Made by a program: the position numbers and the translations under genes. The notes under the pieces were generated by a model. The model saw only the letters and a program-made list of their open reading frames with translations, was not told where the DNA came from and ran no database searches. 55,213 bases of DNA from Tubiluchus corallicola. Taxonomy: Eukaryota > Animalia > Priapulida. Each line of letters starts with the position of its first letter. The stretch's first letter is position 1. Shown here piece after piece: positions 45,375 through 55,213 of this stretch. Where the stretch lies: positions 1 to 55,213 of the forward strand of contig JAQGDQ010001210.1 of NCBI GenBank assembly GCA_030141605.1, written 5' to 3'.

Positions 45375-46625
45375 CTGATGCCCTGTCACCCATAACCCCC
45401 TATGTCTCAGTACTTTTGATATCTAATGGTGTGTTGATAAGATCTTTTTGGATGAAATTGATGTAACTCAGCAGCTGTCCTCCTCTTTATCATCATCATC
45501 ATCATCTCTGGAGTCACACATCGTCTGACATGACCCTCCTGATCACTTTACTCCATGCTGCCCCATCATCCATAACCTCCCATGTCTCTGTATTTTTGAT
45601 ATGTAATGGTGTATTGATAAGATCTTTTTGGATGAAATTCATGTAAGTCAGCAGCTGTCCTCGTTGCGGTGCTTCTTTGAAAGTTAACTTTAATGGACTG
45701 TCATCTCGTAATCTAACATGTCCTATCCATCTTAATCTTCTCCTTTGATTTTAACCGTCCATTCCTTGACTTTGTCGTACAGATCCTGGTTTGATATTTT
45801 CTTTTGCCAGTTTATTCCTAAAATGTTCCTGTAGTTTTTTCCTTGAAATGCATCAATTTCTGGTTTGTGTTGTGCTTTGATTGTCCACAATTCTGAGTTA
45901 TAGACAGGGTGCATATGATTATGGATATGTGTAAAATAAATAAAATGGCATATTTTCTGGATTTTTGAAATTTTATTTTATGGATATCAATAAAATAAGA
46001 AATAGACTATATCTGGAACGAGATGCCCAGGGGGAAATCAATTAAAAAGTAAAAACAGGAGGCTTGAAACGTGTTTTTAAACACACAGGACTTAGTTCTA
46101 ATTTTATCGGTTTCATATCATTTCAAATTCAATCAAATTTTGCGAGACAATGCCTTGTAATTCATCACTTCAGTTCAAATAATTCGTCTATTTGGTATGA
46201 ATGTAGAATGCCCTCTAGGCTGAAGTTTCCGATCCTGGTGGCTGGGTCTCTCTCGGTTATTTTCAGACCGAACTCCAGCTCATGCTTTGGTTGAAACTTC
46301 GCCATCTTGATAACAAAAAGACAATGAGAAAAAACAATGTAAAATAGCAAATCCGGAAATGCGCTTTTGTTGGTTTGTTTTCTTTCTCTTTCTCTCCTTC
46401 TAACGTTCGTTTTCAGTGTTACCAATGCTTACAACTCGTTACTTTGTACAAAAAATCACAAAAAAAATATTTTTTTATTTTATGCATTTCTTATTTTATG
46501 AATTTTTCAAATTTTATTTTATGGATTTTTGGTCTTTTTTTATGGATATCCATAATCTTATGCAGCCTGGTTATAGAGAAACATTTTCCACAAGTGCAGC
46601 AAAGATTCTTAATAAACACACTCTA
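45375..46625 (-). mobile_element. RTE-clade LINE ORF2 C-terminal relic, partly duplicated and interrupted by a hAT MITE
   Basis: LRIFAALVEN(V)FLYNSELWTIK...IDAFQ...ILGINWQKKISNQDLY...RWIGHV...QKDL across the insertion; 45378-45482 duplicates 45558-45662; (GAT)n tail. Confidence 0.8.
45905..46569 (-). mobile_element. complete non-autonomous hAT element (665 bp)
   Basis: 24-bp TIRs CAGGGTGCATATGATTATGGATAT / ATATCCATAATCTTATGCAGCCTG (2 mismatches); perfect 8-bp TSD GTTATAGA (45897-45904, 46570-46577); subterminal ttttatgga repeats. Confidence 0.93.
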
Positions 46626-46651
46626 AGTAACCAGCATTACCTAGTAGCCAA

Positions 46652-47110
46652 TAGGGGTGAGCATCGAACTCGAACGTTTTTTACCTTGAATTCGATTCGA
46701 ATCTAAAATGATAGTTTCGAACAATTCCCCGCTTCAACTACATTCGTTCTTTGTCATTAAGACGTATGAACCGTCGTGCAATCTGCAAAGCTTACTTTAA
46801 TTTGGAATATTTAAACTAATTGTTAGTGTTTTTCCTGCTCAACACGATCTTGGTAAGACTGCTTTTTATAAATGATTCGAAAATCTTTAGAACTGAATTC
46901 GAATTACATTCGGATTCGAAATTTTCCGATTCGGTTTGATTCGAGTACGAAACACAGAAATTCGATTCGAATTCGTTTTCGTACAAAGTAACTTCAAAGT
47001 ATTTTTAAACATTTGCACAGTAAGTGAAGAATGTGTTACGAATATTCTGATTATTTTTTCAAAGTTTTTCACAATGTCATCTAAACTCGTTTCGATATTC
47101 GGTCCTCAAA
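46652..47110. mobile_element. probable hAT-type MITE rich in TTCGAA/ATTCG motifs
   Basis: Starts TAGGGGTG; dense clusters of ttcgaa motifs; right end not found. Confidence 0.45.
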
Positions 47111-47116
47111 CGTTAT

Positions 47117-47580
47117 TTTTTTTATTTATTATTATTATTATCACATTCAGTACAATATAAAGCACACAATGACATCAAAATTATTAATCTACTGTATTAA
47201 ATTATGTTTCATACACTATCGTTATCCTAAAAGAATAATTGTGCTGCAGTGGGCTAGAGAAGCAAAGGCTTGTATAAGCCCACTGTCATGTGAACCCGAT
47301 AAAAAATGGATGAGTGAATAAAAAAAAGAACTGGGAGAAAGGTTAGATCACACAGGAAGGGTAGAAGGATGTGTTAGTGGAAATAGTAGGAAGAAAGATA
47401 ATAGATTGTGCTATGTTGACATCAGCTCTAAAGATTTATCAATGATGCCTTGTTTTGCATAATCTGTACCAGGATTGTGGTATGACTGCTGCAGTAGGTG
47501 TAGAATATTAGGAAGTGCTGTACTTGTTGAGAATCGTTGCTCTGTATTTCTTTTTAAATTCTTGAATTGGTTAAAATCCT
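47117..47580 (-). mobile_element. family D LINE-like 3' end, copy 2
   Basis: Near-identical to 345-720, extends further 5' and lacks the 27-bp array. Confidence 0.7.
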
Positions 47581-47593
47581 TGCACCGCCTAAC

Positions 47594-47660
47594 GAGAGTT
47601 TAAATTTACAAATTTTATACGACGTTACTGCTACGGTAAGCCCTGTATGCAATAAGACTT
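47594..47660 (-). mobile_element. family A fragment, inverted
   Basis: Reverse complement reads agtcttattgcatacagggcttaccgtagcagtaacgtcg...tttaaactctc. Confidence 0.6.
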
Positions 47661-48034
47661 TTAGCTTTATTTATGAAGAGTGTTTTCATGCACTTTAAAC
47701 GATAACGCCCAGGTAAACATTGGTAATTAAAAAGCAGCTGTCATCTTGCCGTCTGCACTAGAGATATTCTTTAATGTCGTAACTCGTTTATATTGATCTT
47801 AATTAATAACAATCTGCTTGTTAGCCGGGGATTATCATTTCATTTTGAAAGGTCGTTCAAGAATGAAGCAAGGTAATCTGTGTACAGCATAAATCAAAAT
47901 ATGTAATTTTTAAAGCAAAACGGGTCGATTTTTTACTCATATCCTACCCCATTTTGAAGCACGGATATATGTTTGATATTATATATGTAAATTGTATACA
48001 TTGTAGCACATATGATAATGCCAAAGAATTTCTG

Positions 48035-48345
48035 ATAACTAAATAACAGGCTGATGATAACTGATAAATGATTTATAATGATAACTGATAAATAGATGAT
48101 AACTAAATAATAGCTGATGATAACTGATAACTGATTTATAATGATAACTGATAAATAGATGATAACTAAATAATAGCTGATGATAACTGATAACTGATTT
48201 ATAATGATAACTGATAAATAGATGATAACTAAATAATAGCTGATGATAACTGATTTATAATGATAGTTGATAAATAGATGATAAGTAAATAATAGCTGAT
48301 GATAACTGATAGATGATTTATAATGATAGCTGATAAATAATAATA
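48035..48345. repeat. 63-bp AT-rich tandem repeat, ~5 copies
   Basis: gatttataatgataactgataaatagatgataactaaataatagctgatg repeated. Confidence 0.9.
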
Positions 48346-48370
48346 ACTATTAATAATAATAAAAACTTAA

Positions 48371-49008
48371 TGGAACACCGGATGATTGTGTAAACTCGAG
48401 TTCAGAATAAAGAATGCTCTAAAATATTGAAAACTACAATAGCTTATTTTAAATCAAAGCTTAGATTAAATAATAATTACCTCGGATACTCAGATTTCGT
48501 TAAACTTTCAAAGCTGCGCGGGCCTCAGTGAATCTACTAAGATTGGCAGCAGCGCCTTTTTGTCACATTCGCGTTGCCGACAAATAGAAGGCGGTACCGT
48601 GATAACCATGATCATGCACTGCAGTGTCTGACGTCATGTGATGTGGGGCCCATTTTTCGTGACAGTGTGCGTTTAAGCAGTAACACTTACGGAAACGTGC
48701 TTGAAGCGGAAAGAAAGACGCCTGCCATTGCACAAACTGTGGTTAGTTTCTGACAAAAGCAATAACTGTGTTCAGTTATTGTCCAACTAATTATCCAAAT
48801 ATAAGGCACAATTGCTAAGTTTTATACGTGAGTCTAAGTCTGAACAATCGTCCGGTTTTTAAGGACAAGATTATTGTTTTGGTTTCTAAACTGTGAAAAA
48901 GTTTCTGTTATTTTTGTTGGCCCACAACTCTAAGTTTGAAAATGAAGGCACTTCCTACCCAGATTTTACCACTGCTCTTCCAGAGCGCCCTTTTAATCTT
49001 CAGCTTCC
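48371..49008 (-). mobile_element. family C element, inverted copy
   Basis: Reverse complement of 18050-18724; TTAA at 48367-48370. Confidence 0.7.
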
Positions 49009-49354
49009 CTCAGTAAAATACAAACCAACTTAAAATCATCTGGTCTTCCGTTAATTCGTGACAGGCGAACCCAACATTCCCCTTAAAGTGTAACAGAATG
49101 ATAAACAAAGTTATTGTGTGAATGGTGCAGTCAGCAGGACTGAATTTAAAATGTATCGGCCTTCCACTGGGCGCAGTTCTGTCACCAATTCTGTTTCATA
49201 AATACACAAGTTTATATGCATGGGATCCTAAATACGTGCACGTATTCAAAATTTTATAATGCTAAATACTTTTAAATGAATGAAATTATTAAATTATTAA
49301 ATTTATTTATTAAATGTATCCACAATGATCATTACAGCATTGTACATAAAAGTA

Positions 49355-49690
49355 TTTAATAACATATTTATTATTGTGTGCACAAGATGCCAAGCCGCAA
49401 ATGACCCGTGGGGTACTCAAGAAGTAATTACTTGTTTAGAGCACCCCAAATGAATGTGGACTGAGTGTAATAGAAAAGAGCAGTAAAGGAGTAGAAAGAA
49501 AGGTTAATAGAGAATAGAAAAGAGAAATATGTGATGGTATGAAGTAACGTGAACTATAGAAATGTGAAAATTGACATAGCCAGCAACGCAATGGATTCCG
49601 ACAGGGACAGCAGTGTAATTAATCAAATTGATTTATTCCGTATAATTAGAAAAGATTTCACTTTTATAATTTCTTTTGAAGTTATTTATA
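49355..49690 (-). mobile_element. family E LINE 3'UTR, inverted copy
   Basis: Reverse complement of ~34150-34490. Confidence 0.75.
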
Positions 49691-50516
49691 TGCTAAATGA
49701 ATCAATGAATGTATCAAATGTATGAAAATCGTCGAAGCTAAAATCTTCTAAACGATCCGGCACGCAGAAAGCTGATTTGAAATTGTCAAAATTGTAAAGC
49801 TTGGAAGATTTGAGCTGTGGATTTTTCACACAGTGTTCACCAGGAACCTATTACTATTTAAAAGATCCACGACGATGACGGCGACAATGACAATGACGAC
49901 AACGACGACAACCACAGTGCTTAATGATTTGAAAAATAGTTTGATTCACATACATTTCTGGGAAGTATGTGACTTGTTAACAGAAATATAAGCCAAAAGC
50001 TGCATAGAAATAAACACGAGTTGAAATAATATGGTTGCCATTAAGCGCTTTCATTCAATTTAAAGGAACACATATTTAGTCTGTGAGCCAGACTGCCAGA
50101 TTAAACTGAACAACAGAAAAACACTTCTGACTACCTCATAATGAAATCCAGAAATTCGTGCTGTTTGAAAACTACACATGATATGCTTCTCGATAAATGG
50201 CACAAGACTCGTGCAAACTGGGCTTCCAGGCTCTCAAGTCTGAAACAGAAAACCGAGGAAGCCTGTCTCCTGTTTCCAACCAAGAAAGAGCATCTTTGAA
50301 ATGGCTCTCTTACTGCAGATTTTAAGGCAATTATTCATCTCCATGGTCGATGAAGATAATTTGCTACTTTACAGGAAACAAGAGACTTTTAAAGTTTGAA
50401 GTTTATTATTATCAAAGTTTATTAATATTTTCATTATTAAACTGTTTTTATTATAATTAATTTCTTATCCTACCCCATGTTTTTATAATGGACAATTTTA
50501 TACCTTTTTACTCTTG

Positions 50517-51436
50517 ATAAGTGCAGGTCTTGCCAGTCGTACAACAAGGGAAAAATAAGTGCTAGTCTTGCCAGTCATAAAACAAGGGAAAAAATAAGTG
50601 CCAGTCTTGCCAGTCATACAACAAGGGAAAAATAAGTGCCGGTCTTGCCAGTCATACAACAAGGGAAAAAATAAGTGCAAGTCTTGCCAGTCATACACCA
50701 AGGGAAAAAATAAGTGTCAGTCTTGCCAGTCATACACCAAGGGAAAAAATAAGTGCCAGTCTTGCCAGTCGTACAACAAGGGAAAAAAGTGCCAGTCTTG
50801 CCAGTCATACAACAAGGGAAAAAATAAGTGCCAGTCTTACCAGTCATACACCAAGGGAAAAATAAGTGCCAGTCTTGCCAGTCGTACACCAAGGGAAAAA
50901 ATAAGTGCCAGTCTTGCCAGTCATACAACAAGGGAAAAAATAAGTGCCAGTCTTACCAGTCATACACCAAGGGAAAAATAAGTGCCAGTCTTGCCAGTCA
51001 TGCAACAAGGGAAAAATAAGTGCCAGTCTTGCCAGTCGTACAACAAGGGAAAAAATAAGTGCCAGTCTTACCAGTCATGCAACAAGGGAAAAATAAGTGC
51101 CAGTCTTGCCAGTCATACAACAAGGGAAAAAATAAGTGCCAGTCTTGCCAGTCATACACCAAGAAAAAAATAAGTGCCAGTCTTGCCAGTAATACACCAA
51201 GAAAAAATAAGTGACAGTCTTGCCAGTCATACACCAAGGGAAAAAATAAGTGCCAGTCTTGCCAGTCATACAACAAGGGAAAAATAAGTGCCAGTCTTGC
51301 CAGTCGTACAACAAGGGAAAAATAAGTGCAAGTCTTGCCAGTCCTACAACAAGGGGAAAAAAGTGCCAGTCTTGCCAGTCATACAACAAGGGAAAAAATA
51401 AGTGCCAGTCTTACCAGTCCTACACCAAGGGAAAAC
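50517..51436. repeat. 39-40-bp minisatellite, ~23 copies
   Basis: Unit ataagtgccagtcttgccagtcatacaacaagggaaaa(a). Confidence 0.96.
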
Positions 51437-53085
51437 ATAACGTTTTTATTAAAGGACAAGACCACACTTGATAAATAAACCTCAATGGAATTTTAAATCA
51501 ATTACATGCTCTGGAAAGTATATTTGGGATAAACTTTAAAATTCCCACTTCTTCCTCTTTGAATTTGACTCAGACATGAATCCCACGCCACATTAAACAT
51601 TTAAAACTTTCCCATTTAAACTAGTCAAACGGGAAGACGTCGCGAGTCAATAGACCCGCCGCGCTTTTAACGCCAGTCGTTTCTACGATTTTTTCTTCTT
51701 CATTCTTTTCTCTTTATTTGATGATAAAGATCGAAGAGTCGTCCATATTGGCCTACAGGCAGATCTATAAATAAGTTCTTGTTTTTGTAGAAGGGTTAAT
51801 TTTGTGCACGAGTGTAAGCGAGGGACTGTACCGCACATCTTCAACTACTCGTATTCGTGTTTTACTGTTGTTCGTGTATTTCAATTCAATTCAAATTGAT
51901 TTTTTTAGTAATTGAGACAAAATAAAACACAATGAAATAAAAGTAAATTATATCATAATTAAAACTATTACAAGAGTAAATATATATACGGGTTAGTAAA
52001 TTAAAAGGTAAATAAACTTCAGAGGCAAATTACGTAATAATCCGTTTAATATCCTAAAAAAACAAGATTTGACAAGTCTGTGTGAGTTAACAATAGCAGT
52101 TATAATACTATTGCCAGTGTTCAGTTATAATACTATTGCCAGTGTACAGTAGTGACCCCTATTTCGAGCGCTATAACATGATCAGCGAATACGACTAAAA
52201 TGTGGTTTACGCACATGCCAGAAGTTTGTTTGCTCGCTTGCTTGGATGCTTGGCTAGTTGGTTGGTTGGTTGGTTGGTTGGTTGGTGGGTTGGTTGGTTG
52301 GTTGGCTGGTTCAGTGTTTGGGTGATTATTTGTTTGCTTGGCCGTTTGATCGGTTGGTTGGGGTTTGGGGTCGTTGATCAGTCGGTCAGTCTATTCCTTC
52401 GTTTACGTACATGTCTGTTTGTTTGTCTGTTCGTTTGTTTGTTTGTTTGTTTATTTAACTCACAAGTGACGACATCACAACTTAGCATAATTTTCAATAG
52501 CAAAAATATTCCGCAAGGGTGTCGAACGTGTTTGTGAAAGCGAAAATTTCAGCGTGATACACAAAAATTCCACAATTATTTTAAGCTTAGAATTCACATT
52601 TCAAGCCAACGGCTGTGGTCGGGCATGTGCATCGAGCGTGTGCACTCCGTCACAACTGAACAACTGTGAAGTGAGAGATACAGCACCTATTTTTTGTACT
52701 ACGAGATGCAGACGCTAGTGCCCGTCTAACTAGAGAATGGCGAAATGCATGTAACAGTGAAGAACTAGTGGCACGAACGTGAAATTGTGTTTGTGTGGTA
52801 ATAATTCTTTCACGTAACTCGTTTTTGAAAAATACTATGTTTCCTTTCAATATTTTAAAGATTAGATTGTTTTGAGCTGAAATTTAAGATTGGGCCCTGG
52901 TTTCCTTTTCATCATCAGACATTTGGGACGAAAATGGTATCTGTTTCAAAAGTGTAACTAAGTCATTAGAAATATGCCTGTCCCTGTATGAAACCTTATA
53001 GCAGACTGCATAAAAGGAAGAACTTGTCGACACATTAACTGACAGCATGGAAGTATTGAATTTGTAGAGAGCTTGAAGTATATTA

Positions 53086-55213
53086 GACTGAAGTTAGTGT
53101 TGACTGTTGTAGATTGGCTCACTCTGGTGGTTGAAACAAAGAACATGAAATTGTGTTGAACTGTGAAAGACTGAAGTTAGTGTAGACTGTTGTAGACTGG
53201 TTCACTCTGGTGGTTGAAACAAAGAATATGAAATTGTGTTGAACTGTGAGAGACTGAAGTTAGTATAGACTGTTGTAGACTGGTTCACTCTGGTGGTTGA
53301 AACAAAGAATATGAAATTGTGTTGAACTGTGAGAGACTGAAGTTAGTGTAGACTGTTGTAGACTGGTTCACTCTGGTGGTTGAAACAAAGAATATGAAAT
53401 TGTGTTGAACTGTGAGAGACTGAAGTTAGTGTAGACTGTTGTAGACTGGTTCACTCTGGTGGTTGAAACAAAGAATATGAAATTGTGTTGAACTGTGAGA
53501 GACTGAAGTTAGTGTAGACTGTTGTAGACTGGTTCACTCTGCTGGTTGAAACAAAGAATATGAAATTGTGTTGAACTGTGAGAGACTGAAGTTAGTGTAG
53601 ACTGTTGTAGACTGGTTCACTCTGATGGTTGAAACAAAGGATATGAAATTGTGTTGAACTGTGAGAGACTGAAGTTAGTGTAGACTGTTGTAGACTGGTT
53701 CACTCTGGTGGTTGAAACAAAGAATATGAAATTGTGTTGAACTGTGAGAGACTGAAGTTAGTGTAGACTGTTGTAGACTGGTTCACTCTGGTGGTTGAAA
53801 CAAAGAATATGAAATTGTGTTGAACTGTGAGAGACTGAAGTTAGTGTAGACTGTTGTAGACTGGTTCACTCTGGTGGTTGAAACAAAGAATATGAAATTG
53901 TGTTGAACTGTGAAAGACTGAAGTTAGTGTAGACTGTTGTAGACTGGTTCACTCTGGTGGTTAAAACAAAGAATATGAAATTGTGTTGAACTGTGAGAGA
54001 CTGAAGTTAGTGTAGACTGTTGTAGACTGGTTCACTCTGGTGGTTGAAACAAAGAATATGAAATTGTGTTGAACTGTGAGAGACTGTAGTTAGTGTAGAC
54101 TGTTGTAGACTGGTTCACTCTGGTGGTTAAAACAAGTGATGAAATTGTGTTGAACTGTGAAAGACTGAAGTTAGTGTACACTGTTGTAGACTGGTTCACT
54201 CTGGTGGTTAAAACAAAGAATATGAAATTGTGTTGAACTGTGAAAGACTGAAGTTAGTGTAGACTGTTGTAGACTGGTTCACTCTGGTGGTTGAAACAAA
54301 GAATATGAAATTGTGTTGAACTGTGAACGACTGAAATTAGTTTAGACTGCTGTAGACTGGTTTACTCTGGTGGTTGAAACAAATAATATGAAATATGAAC
54401 AGTTAAAGACTGAACTTAGTGTAGACTGTTGTAGACTGGTTCACTCTAATGGTTGAAACAAAGAATATGAAATTGTGTTGAACTGTGAGAGACTGAAGTT
54501 AGTGTAGACTGTTGTAGACTGGTTCACTCTGGTGGTTGAAACAAAGAATATGAAATTGTGTTGAACTGTGAGAGACTGAAGTTAGTGTAGACTGTTGTAG
54601 ACTGGCTCACTCTAGTGGTTGAAACAAAGAATATGAAATTGTGTTGAACTGTGAGAGACTGAAGTTAGTGTAGACTGTTGTAGACTGGCTCACTCTAGTG
54701 GTTGAAACAAAGAATATGAAATTGCGTTGAACTGTGAGAGACTGAAGTTAGTGTAGACTGTTGTAGACTGGTTCACTTTAGTGGTTGAAACAAAGAATAT
54801 GAAATTGTGTTGAACTGTGAGAGACTGAAGTTAGTGTAGACTGTTGTAGACTGGTTCACTCTGGTGGTTGAAACAAAGAATATGAAATTGTGTTGAACTG
54901 TGAGAGACTGAAGTTAGTGCAGACTGTTGTACACTGGTTCACTCCGATGGTTGAAACAAAGAATGATGAAATTGTGTTGAACTGTGAGAGACTGAAGTTG
55001 GTATAGACTGTTGTAGACTGGTTCACTCTGGTGGTTGAAACAAAGAATATGAAATTGTGTTGAACTGTGAAAGACTGAAGTTAGTATAGACTGTTGTAGA
55101 TTGGTTCACTCTGGTGGTTGAAACAAAGAATATGAAATTGTGTTGAACTGTGAAAGACTGAAGTTAGTGTAGACTGTTGTAGACTGGTTCACTCTGGTGG
55201 TTGAAACAAGGAA
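53086..55213. repeat. 83-bp satellite, >25 copies, continues beyond the window
   Basis: gactgaagttag recurs at 53086, 53169, 53252, ...; highly homogeneous. Confidence 0.97.

Noticed and set aside
50498-51471. Cys-rich CQSCQSYNKGKNK repeat ORFs resembling CxxC proteins
   Set aside because: Unit length alternates between 39 and 40 bp through an A-run, causing constant frameshifts; a non-coding minisatellite.

Overview
AT-rich eukaryotic (invertebrate-like) genomic DNA dominated by microsatellites, minisatellites and decayed transposable elements; no rRNA, tRNA, CRISPR or operon-like structure was seen. One intact protein-coding gene is well supported: a two-exon, ~295-aa tandem-GNAT (YitH/HolE-like) acetyltransferase on + (42760-42937, 43835-44544; phase-1 GT-AG intron filled with (TAG)n). 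Almost all other ORFs in the track are translations of simple repeats. The TEs include several TTAA-flanked Kolobok-like non-autonomous families, 3' relics of L2/CR1-, RTE- and RTE-X-like LINEs, a Meta/MESC-like SINE fragment, and a complete hAT MITE with an 8-bp TSD nested in an RTE relic. The most unusual signals are: a ~17-copy minisatellite whose unit is the LINE reverse-transcriptase GVPQG motif; repeated birth of tandem arrays inside TE copies; an inverted pair of Kolobok-like elements with identical internal arrays but diverged flanks; a hAT MITE retaining an in-frame N-/C-terminal fusion mini-ORF; and complementary (CTA)n/(TAG)n tracts flanking the first GNAT coding exon. Family names come from motif recognition by eye, not database searches, and repeat boundaries are approximate.
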